In this document: positions 12,680 to 26,668 of the stretch, in pieces | Numbering within the stretch: position 1 is the stretch's first letter | Layout: every line of letters begins with the position of its first letter | Assembly (NCBI GenBank): GCA_964016885.1 | Contig: OZ024741.1 | Location: 210,924,001 to 210,988,000, forward strand | Source of the DNA: Eledone cirrhosa | Lineage: Eukaryota | Reading direction: 5' to 3' | Length of the DNA stretch: 64,000 nucleotides | The notes under the pieces: generated by a model | The model's database searches: none | The model's input: only the letters and a program-made list of their open reading frames with translations | What the model was told of the DNA's origin: nothing | Translations under genes and position numbers: made by a program

Positions 12680-15350
12680 CAGTCTCAGTCCACTGTCTCA
12701 GCCACAGTCCACTGTCTCAGTCTCAGTCCACTGTCTCAGCCTCAGTCCACTGTCTCAGCCTCAGTCCACTGTCTCAGTCTCAGTCCACCTATCTCAGTCT
12801 CAGTCCACCTATCTCAGCCACAGTCCACTGCCTCAGCCACAGTCCACTGTCTCAGTCTCAGTCCACCTATCTCAGTCTCAGGCCACTGTCTCAGCCACAG
12901 TCCACTGTCTCAGCCTCAGTCCACTGTCTCAGCCTCAGTCCACCTATCTCAACCACAGTCCACTGTCTCAGCCACAGTCCACTGTCTCTGCCTCAGTCCA
13001 CTGTCTCAGCCACAGTCCACTTATCTCAGTCTCAGTCCACTGTCTCAGCCACAGTCCACTGTCTCAGTCTCAGTCCACTGTCTCAACCACAGTCCACTGT
13101 CTCAGCCACAGTCCACTGTCTCAGCCACAGTCCACCTATCTCAGCCACAGTCCACTGTCTCAGCCACAGTCCACTGTCTCAGCCTCAGTCCACTCTCTCA
13201 GCCACAGTCCACTTATCTCAGTCTCAGTCCACTGTCTCAGCCACAGTCCACTGTCTCAGCCTCAGTCCACCTATCTCAGCCACAGTCCACTTATCTCAGT
13301 CTCAGTCCACTGTCTCATCCTCAGTCAACCTATCTCAGCCACAGTCCACTGTCTCAGGCTCAGTCCACCTATCTCAGTCTCAGTCCACCTATCTCAGCTT
13401 CAGTCCACCTATCTCAGCCGCAGTCCACCTATCTCAGCCTCAGTCCACTGTCTCAGTCTCAGTCCACTGTCTCAGCCACAGTCCACTGTCTCAGCCACAG
13501 TCCACCTATCTCAGCCTCAGTCCACTGTCTCAGTCTCAGTCCACTGTCTCAGCCACAGTCCACCTATCTCAGCCACAGTCCACCTATCTCAGCCACAGAC
13601 CACTTATCTCAGTCTCAGTCCACCTATCTCAGTCTCAGTCCACTGTCTCAGCCTCAGTCCACCTATCTCAGTCACAGTCCACCTATCTCAGTCTCAGTCC
13701 ACTGTCTCAGCCACAGACCACTTATCTCAGTCTCAGTCCACCTATCTCAGTCTCAGTCCACCTATCTCAGCCTCAGTCCACCTATCTCAGCCACAGTCCA
13801 CCTATCTCAGCCACAGTCCACTGTCTCATCCTCAGTCAACCTATCTCAGCCACAGTCCACAGTCTCAGCCTCAGTCCACCTATCTCAGCCACAGTCTCAC
13901 TGTCTCAGCCTCAGTCCACTCTCTCAGCCACAGTCCACTTATCTCAGTCTCAGTCCACTGTCTCAGCCACAGTCCACTGTCTCAGCCAGAGTCCACTTAT
14001 CTCAGTCTCAGTCCACTGTCTCATCCTCAGTCAACCTATCTCAGCCACAGTCCACTGTCTCAGCATCAGTCCACTGTCTCAGCCACAGTCCACAGTCTCA
14101 GCCTCAGTCCACCTATCTCAGTCTCAGTCCACCTATCTCAGTCTCAGTCCACCTATCTCAGCTTCAGTCCACCTATCTCAGCCACAGTCCACCTATCTCA
14201 GCCTCAGTCCACTGTCTCAGTCTCAGTCCACTGTCTCAGCCACAGTCCACTGTCTCAGCCACAGTCCACCTATCTCAGCCTCAGTCCACTGTCTCAGTCT
14301 CAGTCCACTGTCTCAGCCACAGTCCACCTATCTCAGCCACAGTCCACCTATCTCAGCCACAGACCACTTATCTCAGTCTCAGTCCACCTATCTCAGTCTC
14401 AGTCCACTGTCTCAGCCTCAGTCCACCTATCTCAGTCACAGTCCACCTATCTCAGTCTCAGTCCACTGTCTCAGCCACAGACCGCTTATCTCAGTCTCAG
14501 TCCACCTATCTCAGCCTCAGTCCACCTATCTCAGCCACAGTCCACCTATCTCAGCCACAGTCCACTGTCTCATCCTCAGTCCACCTATCTCAGTCTCAGT
14601 CCACTGTCTCAGCCACAGTCCACTGTCTCAGTCTCAGTCCACTGTCTCAGCCTCAGTCCACTGTCTCAGCCTCAGTCCACTGTCTCAGTCTCAGTCCACC
14701 TATCTCAGTCTCAGTCCACCTATCTCAGCCACAGTCCACTGCCTCAGCCACAGTCCACTGTCTCAGGCTCAGTCCACCTATCTCAGTCTCAGGCCACTGT
14801 CTCAGCCACAGTCCACTGTCTCAGCCTCAGTCCACTGTCTCAGCCTCAGTCCACCTATCTCAACCACAGTCCACTGTCTCAGCCACAGTCCACTGTCTCT
14901 GCCTCAGTCCACTGTCTCAGTCTCAGTCCACTGTCTCAACCACAGTCCACTGTCTCAGCCACAGTCCACTGTCTCAGCCTCAGTACACCTATCTCTGCCA
15001 CAGTCCACTGTCTCAGCCTCAGTCCACTGTCTCAGCCTCAGTCCACTGTCTCAGCCTCAGTCCACTCTCTCAGCCACAGTCCACTTATCTCAGTCTCAGT
15101 CCACTGTCTCAGCCACAGTCCACTGTCTCAGCCTCAGTCCACCTATCTCAGCCACAGTCCACTTATCTCAGTCTCAGTCCACTGTCTCATCCTCAGTCAA
15201 CCTATCTCAGCCACAGTCCACTGTCTCAGGCTCAGTCCACCTATCTCAGTCTCAGTCCACCTATCTCAGCTTCAGTCCACCTATCTCAGCCGCAGTCCAC
15301 CTATCTCAGCCTCAGTCCACTGTCTCAGTCTCAGTCCACTGTCTCAGCCA
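12680..15350. repeat. Diverged duplication, offset about 1911 (about 12.7-13.5 kb vs 14.6-15.35 kb)
   Basis: TCAGGCCACTG GG at 12881/14792. The TGCCTC, TCAACCAC, TCTCTGCC, AGGCTC and GCCGCAG markers are shared in the same order, with monomer indels. Confidence 0.75.
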
Positions 15351-16139
15351 CGGTCCACTGTCTCATCCTCAGTCAACCTATCTCAGCCACAGTCCACAGT
15401 CTCAGCCTCAGTCCACCTATCTCAGCCACAGTCTCACTGTCTCAGCCTCAGTCCACTCTCTCAGCCACAGTCCACTTATCTCAGTCTCAGTCCACTGTCT
15501 CAGCCACAGTCCACTGTCTCAGCCTCAGTCCACCTATCTCAGCCACAGTCCACTTATCTCAGTCTCAGTCCACTGTCTCATCCTCAGTCAACCTATCTCA
15601 GCCACAGTCCACTGTCTCAGCCTCAGTCCACTGTCTCAGCCACAGTCCACAGTCTCAGCCTCAGTCCACCTATCTCAGTCTCAGTCCACCTATCTCAGTC
15701 TCAGTCCACCTATCTCAGCTTCAGTCCACCTATCTCAGCCACAGTCCACCTATCTCAGCCTCAGTCCACTGTCTCAGTCTCAGTCCACTGTCTCAGCCAC
15801 AGTCCACTGTCTCAGCCACAGTCCACCTATCTCAGCCTCAGTCCACTGTCTCAGTCTCAGTCCACTGTCTCAGCCACAGTCCACCTATCTCAGCCACAGT
15901 CCACCTATCTCAGCCACAGACCACTTATCTCAGTCTCAGTACACCTATCTCAGTCTCAGTCCACTGTCTCAGCCTCAGTCCACCTACCTCAGTCACAGTC
16001 CACCTATCTCAGTCTCAGTCCACTGTCTCAGCCACAGACCGCTTATCTCAGTCTCAGTCCACCTATCTCAGCCTCAGTCCACCTATCTCAGCCACAGTCC
16101 ACCTATCTCAGCCACAGTCCACTGTCTCATCCTCAGTCA

Positions 16140-19100
16140 ACCTATCTCAGCCACAGTCCACAGTCTCAGCCTCAGTCCACCTATCTCAGTCTCAGTCCAC
16201 CTACCTCAGCCTCAGTCCACCTATCTCAGCCACAGTCCACTTATCTCAGTCTCAGTCCACTGTCTCATCCTCAGTCAACCTATCTCAGCCACAGTACACT
16301 GTCTCAGCCTCAGTCCACTGTCTCAGCCACAGTCCACAGTCTCAGCCTCAGTCCACCTATCTCAGTCTCAGTCCACCTATCTCAGTCTCAGTCCACCTAT
16401 CTCAGCTTCAGTCCACCTATCTCAGCCACAGTCCACCTATCTCAGCCTCAGTCCACTGTCTCAGTCTCAGTCCACTGTCTCAGCCACAGTCCACTGTCTC
16501 AGCCACAGTCCAACTATCTCAGCCTCAGTCCACTGTCTCAGTCTCAGTCCACTGTCTCAGCCACAGTCCACCTATCTCAGCCACAGTCCACCTATCTCAG
16601 CCACAGACCACTTATCTCAGTCACAGTCCACCTATCTCAGTCTCAGTCCACTGTCTCAGCCACAGACCGCTTATCTCAGTCTCAGTCCACCTATCTCAGC
16701 CTCAGTCCACCTATCTCAGCCACAGTCCACCTATCTCAGCCACAGTCCACTGTCTCATCCTCAGTCAACCTATCTCAGCCACAGTCCACAGTCTCAGCCT
16801 CAGTCCACCTATCTCAGTCTCAGTCCACCTACCTCAGCCTCAGTCCACCTATCTCAGCCATAGTCCACCTATCTCAGCCACAGTCCACTGTCTCATCCTC
16901 AGTCAACCTATCTCAGCCACAGTCCACAGTCTCAGCCTCAGTCCACTGTCTCAGTCTCAGTCCACTGTCTCAGCCACAGTCCACTGTCTCAGCCTCAGTA
17001 CACCTATCTCAGCCACAGTCCACTGTCTCAGCCTCAGTACACCTATCTCAGTCTCAGTCCACTGTCTCAGCCACAGTCCACTGTCTCAGCCACAATCCAC
17101 CTAACTCAGCCAGAGTCCACTGTCTCAGCCACAGTCCACTGTCTCAGCCTCAGTCCACTGTGTCAGCCTCAGTCCACCTATCTCAGCCACAGTCTACCTA
17201 TCTCAGCCACAGTCCACTGTCTCAGCCTCAGTCCACCTATCTCAGCCACAGTCCACCTATCTCAGTCTCAGTCCACCTACCTCAGCCTCAGTCCACCTAT
17301 CTCAGCCACAGTCCACGTATCTCAGCCACAGTCCACTATCTCAGCCTCAGTCCACTGTCTCAGTCTCAGTTCACAGTCTCAGCCACAGTCCACTGTCTCA
17401 GCCACAGTCCACCTATCTCAGCCACAGTCCACTGTCTCAGCCTCAGTCCACCTATCTCAGCCACAGTCCACCTATCTCAGCCACAGTCCACTGTCTCAGC
17501 CTCAGTCCACCTATCTCAGCCACAGTCCACCTATCTCAGCCACAGTCCACTGTCTCAGCCACAGTCCATTGTCTCAGCCTCAGTCCACTGTCTCAGCCTC
17601 AGTACACCTATCTCAGCCACAGTCCACTGTCTCAGCCTCAGTCCACCTATCTCAGCCACAGTCCACCTATCTCAGCCACAGTCCACTGTCTCAGCCACAG
17701 TCCACTGTCTCAGCCTCAGTCCACTGTCTCAGCCTCAGTCCACCTATCTCAGCCACAGTCCACTGTCTCAGCCACAGTCCACTGTCTCAGCCTCAGTTCA
17801 CAGTCTCAGCCACAGTCCACTGTCTCAGCTACAGTCCACTGTCCGAGCCACAGTCCATTGTCTCAGCCTCAGTCCACTGTCTCAGCCTCAGTCCACTGTC
17901 TCAGCCTCAGTCCACTGTCTCAGCCTCAGTCCACTGTCTCAGCCTCAGTCCACTGTCTCAGCCTCAGTCCACCTATCTCAGCCACAGTTCACCTATCTCA
18001 GCCACAGTCCACTGTCTCAGCCTCAGTCCACCTATCTCAGCCACAGTCCACTGTCTCAGCCACAGTCCATTGTCTAAGCCTCAGTCCACCGTCTCAGCCT
18101 CAGTACACCTATCTCAGCCACAGTCCACTGTCTCAGCCACAATCCACCTATCTCAGCCAGAGTCCACCGTCTCAGCCACAGTCCACTGTCTCAGCCACAG
18201 TCCACTGTCTCAGTCTCATTCCACTGTCTCAGCCTCAGTCCACCTATCTCAGTCTCAGTCCACTGTCTCTGCCTCAGTCCACCTATCTCAGTCACAGTCC
18301 ACTGTCTCAGCCACAGTCCACTGTCTCAGCCACAGTCCACCTATCTCAGCCACAGTCCACCTATCTCAGCCACAGTCCACTTATCTCAGTCTCAGTCCAC
18401 TGTCTCAGCCACAGTCCACTGTCTCAGTCTCAGTCCACTGTCTCAGCCTCAGTCCACTGTCTCAGCCTCAGTCCACTGTCTTAGCCTCAGTCCACCTATC
18501 TCAGTCTCAGTTCACTGTCTCAGCCACAGTCCACTGTCTCTATCTCGGTCCACCTATCTCAGCCACAGTCCACTGTCTCAGCCACAGTCCACTGTCTCAG
18601 CCACAGTCCACTGTCTCAGCTACAGTCCACTGTCTCAGCCACAGTCCACTGTCTCAGCCTCAGTCCACTGTCTCAGCCACAGTCCACTTATCTCAGCCTC
18701 AGTCCACTGTCTCAGTCTCAGTCCACCTATCTCAGCCACAGTCCACTTATCTCAGCCACAGTCCACTGTCTCAGCCACAGACCACTTATCTCAGTCTCAG
18801 TCCACCTATCTCAGCCACAGTCCACTTATCTCAGTCTCAGTCCACTGTCTCAGCCACAGTCCACTGTCTCATCCTCAGTCCACCTATCTCAGCCACAGTC
18901 CACAGTCTCAGCCTCAGTCCACCTACCTCAGCCTCAGTCCACCTATCTCAGTCTCAGTCCACCTACCTCAGCCTCAGTCCACCTATCTCAGCCACAGTCC
19001 ACTTATCTCAGTCTCAGTCCACTGTCTCATCCTCAGTCAACCTATCTCAGCCACAGTACACTGTCTCAGCCTCAGTCCACTGTCTCAGCCACAGTCCACA

Positions 19101-21750
19101 GTCTCAGCCTCAGTCCACCTATCTCAGTCTCAGTCCACCTATCTCAGTCTCAGTCCACCTATCTCAGCTTCAGTCCACCTATCTCAGCCACAGTCCACCT
19201 ATCTCAGCCTCAGTCCACTGTCTCAGTCTCAGTCCACTGTCTCAGCCACAGTCCACTGTCTCAGCCACAGTCCAACTATCTCAGCCTCAGTCCACTGTCT
19301 CAGTCTCAGTCCACTGTCTCAGCCACAGTCCACCTATCTCAGCCACAGTCCACCTATCTCAGCCACAGACCACTTATCTCAGTCACAGTCCACCTATCTC
19401 AGTCTCAGTCCACTGTCTCAGCCACAGACCGCTTATCTCAGTCTCAGTCCACCTATCTCAGCCTCAGTCCACCTATCTCAGCCACAGTCCACCTATCTCA
19501 GCCACAGTCCACTGTCTCATCCTCAGTCAACCTATCTCAGCCACAGTCCACAGTCTCAGCCTCAGTCCACCTATCTCAGTCTCAGTCCACCTACCTCAGC
19601 CTCATTCCACCTATCTCAGCCATAGTCCACCTATCTCAGCCACAGTCCACTGTCTCATCCTCAGTCAACCTATCTCAGCCACAGTCCACAGTCTCAGCCT
19701 CAGTCCACTGTCTCAGTCTCAGTCCACTGTCTCAGCCACAGTCCATTGTCTCAGCCTCAGTACACCTATCTCAGCCACAGTCCACTGTCTCAGCCTCAGT
19801 ACACCTATCTCAGTCTCAGTCCACTGTCTCAGCCACAGTCCACTGTCTCAGCCACAATCCACCTAACTCAGCCAGAGTCCACTGTCTCAGCCACAGTCCA
19901 CTGTCTCAGCCTCAGTCCACTGTGTCAGCCTCAGTCCACCTATCTCAGCCACAGTCCACCTATCTCAGCCACAGTCCACTGTCTCAGCCTCAGTCCACCT
20001 ATCTCAGCCACAGTCCACCTATCTCAGTCTCAGTCCACCTACCTCAGCCTCAGTCCACCTATCTCAGCCACAGTCCACGTATCTCAGCCACAGTCCACTA
20101 TCTCAGCCTCAGTCCACTGTCTCAGTCTCAGTTCACAGTCTCAGCCACAGTCCACTGTCTCAGCCACAGTCCACCTATCTCAGCCACAGTCCACTGTCTC
20201 AGCCTCAGTCCACCTATCTCAGCCACAGTCCACCTATCTCAGCCACAGTCCACTGTCTCAGCCTCAGTCCACCTATCTCAGCCACAGTCCACCTATCTCA
20301 GCCACAGTCCACTGTCTCAGCCACAGTCCATTGTCTCAGCCTCAGTCCACTGTCTCAGCCTCAGTACACCTATCTCAGCCACAGTCCACTGTCTCAGCCT
20401 CAGTCCACCTATCTCAGCCACAGTCCACCTATCTCAGCCACAGTCCACTGTCTCAGCCACAGTCCACTGTCTCAGCCTCAGTCCACTGTCTCAGCCTCAG
20501 TCCACCTATCTCAGCCACAGTCCACTGTCTCAGCCACAGTCCACTGTCTCAGCCTCAGTTCACTGTCTCAGCCACAGTCCACTGTCTCAGCTACAGTCCA
20601 CTGTCCGAGCCACAGTCCATTGTCTCAGCCTCAGTCCACTGTCTCAGCCTCAGTCCACTGTCTCAGCCTCAGTCCACTGTCTCAGCCTCAGTCCACTGTC
20701 TCAGCCTCAGTCCACTGTCTCAGCCTCAGTCCACCTATCTCAGCCACAGTTCACCTATCTCAGCCACAGTCCACTGTCTCAGCCTCAGTCCACCTATCTC
20801 AGCCACAGTCCACCTATCTCAGCCACAGTCCACTGTCTCAGCCACAGTCCATTGTCTCAGCCTCAGTCCACTGTCTCATCCTCAGTACACCTATCTCAGC
20901 CACAGTCCACTGTCTCAGCCACAATCCACCTATCTCAGCCAGAGTCCACCGTCTCAGCCACAGTCCACTGTCTCAGCCACAGTCCACTGTCTCAGTCTCA
21001 TTCCACTGTCTCAGCCTCAGTCCACCTATCTCAGTCTCAGTCCACTGTCTCTGCCTCAGTCCACCTATCTCAGTCACAGTCCACTGTCTCAGCCACAGTC
21101 CACTGTCTCAGCCACAGTCCACCTATCTCAGCCACAGTCCACCTATCTCAGCCACAGTCCACTTATCTCAGTCTCAGTCCACTGTCTCAGCCACAGTCCA
21201 CTGTCTCAGTCTCAGTCCACTGTCTCAGCCTCAGTCCACTGTCTCAGCCTCAGTCCACTGTCTTAGCCTCAGTCCACCTATCTCAGTCTCAGTTCACTGT
21301 CTCAGCCACAGTCCACTGTCTCTATCTCGGTCCACCTATCTCAGCCACAGTCCACTGTCTCAGCCACAGTCCACTGTCTCAGCCACAGTCCACTGTCTCA
21401 GCTACAGTCCACTGTCTCAGCCACAGTCCACTGTCTCAGCCTCAGTCCACTGTCTCAGCCACAGTCCACTTATCTCAGCCTCAGTCCACTGTCTCAGTCT
21501 CAGTCCACCTATCTCAGCCACAGTCCACTTATCTCAGCCACAGTCCACTGTCTCAGCCTCAGTCCACTGTCTCAGCCACAGTCCACTGTCTCAGCCTCAG
21601 ACCACTTATCTCAGTCTCAGTCCACCTATCTCAGCCACAGTCCACTTATCTCAGTCTCAGTCCACTGTCTCAGCCACAGTCCACTGTCTCATTTTCAGTC
21701 CACCTATCTCAGCCACAGTCCACAGTCTCAGCCTCAGTCCACCTACCTCA
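16140..21750. repeat. About 2.76-kb tandem duplication
   Basis: Offset 2762 for GTACACTG (16296/19058), CCAACTA (16512/19274), CCTAAC (17102/19864) and GTCCGAG (17841/20603). Offset 2782 at CTCGG (18547/21329). Confidence 0.85.
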
Positions 21751-24700
21751 GCCTCAGTCCACCTATCTCAGCCACAGTCCACGTATCTCAGCCACAGTCC
21801 ACTGTCTCAGCCTCAGTCCACTGTCTCAGCCACAGTCCACTGTCTCAGCCTCAATACACCTATCTCAGCCACAGTCCACTGTCTCAGCCACAGTCCACTG
21901 TCTCAGCCTCAGTCCACTATCTCAGCCACAGTCCACCTATCTCAGCCACAGTCCACTGTCTCAGCCACAGTCCACCTATCTCAGCCTCAGTCCACTGTCT
22001 CAGTCTCAGTCCACTGTCTCAGCCACAGTCCACTGTCTCAGCCTCAGTCCACCTATCTCAGCCACAGTCCACTTATCTCAGTCTCAGTCCACTGTCTCAT
22101 CCTCAGTCAACCTATCTCAGCCACAGTCCACTGTCTCAGCCTCAGTCCACTGTCTCAGCCACAGTCCACAGACTCAGCCTCAGTCCACCTATCTCAGTCT
22201 CAGTCCACCTATCTCAGTCTCAGTCCACCTATCTCAGCTTCAGTCCACCTATCTCAGCCACAGTCCACCTATCTCAGCCTCAGTCCACTGTCTCAGTCTC
22301 AGTCCACTGTCTCAGCCACAGTCCACTGTCTCAGCCACAGTCCACCTATCTCAGCCCCAGTCCACTGTCTCAGTCTCAGTCCACTGTCTCAGCCACAGTC
22401 CACCTATCTCAGTCTCAGTCCACCTATCTCAGTCTCAGTCCACCTATCTCAGCCTCAGTCCACCTATCTCAGCCACAGTCCACCTATCTCAGCCACAGTC
22501 CACTGTCTCATCCTCAGTCAACCTATCTCAGCCACAGTCCACAGTCTCAGCCTCAGTCCACCTATCTCAGCCACAGTCTCACTGTCTCAGCCTCAGTCCA
22601 CTCTCTCAGCCACAGTCCACTTATGTCAGTCTCAGTCCACTGTCTCAGCCACAGTCCACTGTCTCAGCCTCAGTCCACTGTCTCAGCCACAGTCCACAGT
22701 CTCAGCCTCAGTCCACCTATCTCAGTCTCAGTCCACCTATCTCAGTCTCAGTCCACCTATCTCAGCTTCAGTCCACCTATCTCAGCCACAGTCCACCTAT
22801 CTCAGCCTCAGTCCACTGTCTCAGTCTCAGTCCACTCTCTCAGCCACAGTCCACTGTCTCAGCCACAGTCCACTGTCTCAGCCACAGTCCACCTATCTCA
22901 GCCACAGTCCACCTATCTCAGCCACAGACCACTTATCTCAGTCTCAGTCCACCTATCTCAGTCTCAGTCCACTGTCTCAGCCTCAGTCCACCTATCTCAG
23001 TCACAGTCCACCTATCTCAGTCTCAGTCCACTGTCTCAGCCACAGACCACTTATCTCAGTCTCAGTCCACCTATCTCAGCCTCAGTCCACCTATCTCAGC
23101 CACAGTCCACCTATCTCAGCCAGAGTCCACTGTCTCATCCTCAGTCAACCTATCTCAGCCACAGTCCACAGTCTCAGCCTCAGTCCACTGTCTCAGTCTC
23201 AGTCCACTGTCTCAGCCACAGTCCACTGTCTCAGCCTCAGTACACCTATCTCAGCCACAGTCCACTGTCTCAGCCTCAGTACACCTATCTCAGTCTCAGT
23301 CCACTGTCTCAGCCACAGTCCACTGTCTCAGCCACAATCCACCTAACTCAGCCAGAGTCCACTGTCTCAGCCACAGTCCACTGTCTCAGCCTCAGTCCAC
23401 TGTGTCAGCCTCAGTCCACCTATCTCAGCCACAGTCCACCTATCTCAGCCACAGTCCACTGTCTCAGCCTCAGTCCACCTATCTCAGCCACAGTCCACCT
23501 ATCTCAGTCTCAGTCCACCTACCTCAGCCTCAGTCCACCTATCTCAGCCACAGTCCACGTATCTCAGCCACAGTCCACTATCTCAGCCTCAGTCCACTGT
23601 CTCAGTCTCAGTTCACAGTCTCAGCCACAGTCCACTGTCTCAGCCACAGTCCACCTATCTCAGCCACAGTCCACTGTCTCAGCCTCAGTCCACCTATCTC
23701 AGCCACAGTCCACCTATCTCAGCCACAGTCCACTGTCTCAGCCTCAGTCCACCTATCTCAGCCACAGTCCACCTATCTCAGCCACAGTCCACTGTCTCAG
23801 CCACAGTCCATTGTCTCAGCCTCAGTCCACTGTCTCAGCCTCAGTACACCTATCTCAGCCACAGTCCACTGTCTCAGCCTCAGTCCACCTATCTCAGCCA
23901 CAGTCCACCTATCTCAGCCACAGTCCACTGTCTCAGCCACAGTCCACTGTCTCAGCCTCAGTCCACTGTCTCAGCCTCAGTCCACCTATCTCAGCCACAG
24001 TCCACTGTCTCAGCCACAGTCCACTGTCTCAGCCTCAGTTCACTGTCTCAGCCACAGTCCACTGTCTCAGCTACAGTCCACTGTCCGAGCCACAGTCCAT
24101 TGTCTCAGCCTCAGTCCACTGTCTCAGCCTCAGTCCACTGTCTCAGCCTCAGTCCACTGTCTCAGCCTCAGTCCACTGTCTCAGCCTCAGTCCACTGTCT
24201 CAGCCTCAGTCCACCTATCTCAGCCACAGTTCACCTATCTCAGCCACAGTCCACTGTCTCAGCCTCAGTCCACCTATCTCAGCCACAGTCCACCTATCTC
24301 AGCCACAGTCCACTGTCTCAGCCACAGTCCATTGTCTCAGCCTCAGTCCACTGTCTCATCCTCAGTACACCTATCTCAGCCACAGTCCACTGTCTCAGCC
24401 ACAATCCACCTATCTCAGCCAGAGTCCACCGTCTCAGCCACAGTCCACTGTCTCAGCCACAGTCCACTGTCTCAGTCTCATTCCACTGTCTCAGCCTCAG
24501 TCCACCTATCTCAGTCTCAGTCCACTGTCTCTGCCTCAGTCCACCTATCTCAGTCACAGTCCACTGTCTCAGCCACAGTCCACTGTCTCAGCCACAGTCC
24601 ACCTATCTCAGCCACAGTCCACCTATCTCAGCCACAGTCCACTTATCTCAGTCTCAGTCCACTGTCTCAGCCACAGTCCACTGTCTCAGTCTCAGTCCAC

Positions 24701-26668
24701 TGTCTCAGCCTCAGTCCACTGTCTCAGCCTCAGTCCACTGTCTTAGCCTCAGTCCACCTATCTCAGTCTCAGTTCACTGTCTCAGCCACAGTCCACTGTC
24801 TCTATCTCGGTCCACCTATCTCAGCCACAGTCCACTGTCTCAGCCACAGTCCACTGTCTCAGCCACAGTCCACTGTCTCAGCTACAGTCCACTGTCTCAG
24901 CCACAGTCCACTGTCTCAGCCTCAGTCCACTGTCTCAGCCACAGTCCACTTATCTCAGCCTCAGTCCACTGTCTCAGTCTCAGTCCACCTATCTCAGCCA
25001 CAGTCCACTTATCTCAGCCACAGTCCACTGTCTCAGCCTCAGTCCACTGTCTCAGCCACAGTCCACTGTCTCAGCCTCAGACCACTTATCTCAGTCTCAG
25101 TCCACCTATCTCAGCCACAGTCCACTTATCTCAGTCTCAGTCCACTGTCTCAGCCACAGTCCACTGTCTCATTTTCAGTCCACCTATCTCAGCCACAGTC
25201 CACAGTCTCAGCCTCAGTCCACCTACCTCAGCCTCAGTCCACCTATCTCAGCCACAGTCCACGTATCTCAGCCACAGTCCACTGTCTCAGCCTCAGTCCA
25301 CTGTCTCAGCCACAGTCCACTGTCTCAGCCTCAATACACCTATCTCAGCCACAGTCCACTGTCTCAGCCACAGTCCACTGTCTCAGCCTCAGTCCACTAT
25401 CTCAGCCACAGTCCACCTATCTCAGCCACAGTCCACTGTCTCAGCCACAGTCCACCTATCTCAGCCTCAGTCCACTGTCTCAGTCTCAGTCCACTGTCTC
25501 AGCCACAGTCCACTGTCTCAGCCTCAGTCCACCTATCTCAGCCACAGTCCACTTATCTCAGTCTCAGTCCACTGTCTCATCCTCAGTCAACCTATCTCAG
25601 CCACAGTCCACTGTCTCAGCCTCAGTCCACTGTCTCAGCCACAGTCCACAGACTCAGCCTCAGTCCACCTATCTCAGTCTCAGTCCACCTATCTCAGTCT
25701 CAGTCCACCTATCTCAGCTTCAGTCCACCTATCTCAGCCACAGTCCACCTATCTCAGCCTCAGTCCACTGTCTCAGTCTCAGTCCACTGTCTCAGCCACA
25801 GTCCACTGTCTCAGCCACAGTCCACCTATCTCAGCCCCAGTCCACTGTCTCAGTCTCAGTCCACTGTCTCAGCCACAGTCCACCTATCTCAGTCTCAGTC
25901 CACCTATCTCAGTCTCAGTCCACCTATCTCAGCCTCAGTCCACCTATCTCAGCCACAGTCCACCTATCTCAGCCACAGTCCACTGTCTCATCCTCAGTCA
26001 ACCTATCTCAGCCACAGTCCACAGTCTCAGCCTCAGTCCACCTATCTCAGCCACAGTCTCACTGTCTCAGCCTCAGTCCACTCTCTCAGCCACAGTCCAC
26101 TTATGTCAGTCTCAGTCCACTGTCTCAGCCACAGTCCACTGTCTCAGCCTCAGTCCACTGTCTCAGCCACAGTCCACAGTCTCAGCCTCAGTCCACCTAT
26201 CTCAGTCTCAGTCCACCTATCTCAGTCTCAGTCCACCTATCTCAGCTTCAGTCCACCTATCTCAGCCACAGTCCACCTATCTCAGCCTCAGTCCACTGTC
26301 TCAGTCTCAGTCCACTCTCTCAGCCACAGTCCACTGTCTCAGCCACAGTCCACTGTCTCAGCCACAGTCCACCTATCTCAGCCACAGTCCACCTATCTCA
26401 GCCACAGACCACTTATCTCAGTCTCAGTCCACCTATCTCAGTCTCAGTCCACTGTCTCAGCCTCAGTCCACCTATCTCAGTCACAGTCCACCTATCTCAG
26501 TCTCAGTCCACTGTCTCAGCCACAGACCACTTATCTCAGTCTCAGTCCACCTATCTCAGCCTCAGTCCACCTATCTCAGCCACAGTCCACCTATCTCAGC
26601 CAGAGTCCACTGTCTCATCCTCAGTCAACCTATCTCAGCCACAGTCCACAGTCTCAGCCTCAGTCCAC
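19747..26668. repeat. 3480-bp apparently perfect tandem duplication (19747-23188 = 23227-26668)
   Basis: 3480 = 58 x 60, so lines align column for column and I saw no mismatch. ORF starts are paired at 20620/24100 and 22623/26103, and stops at 21266/24746. Confidence 0.92.
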
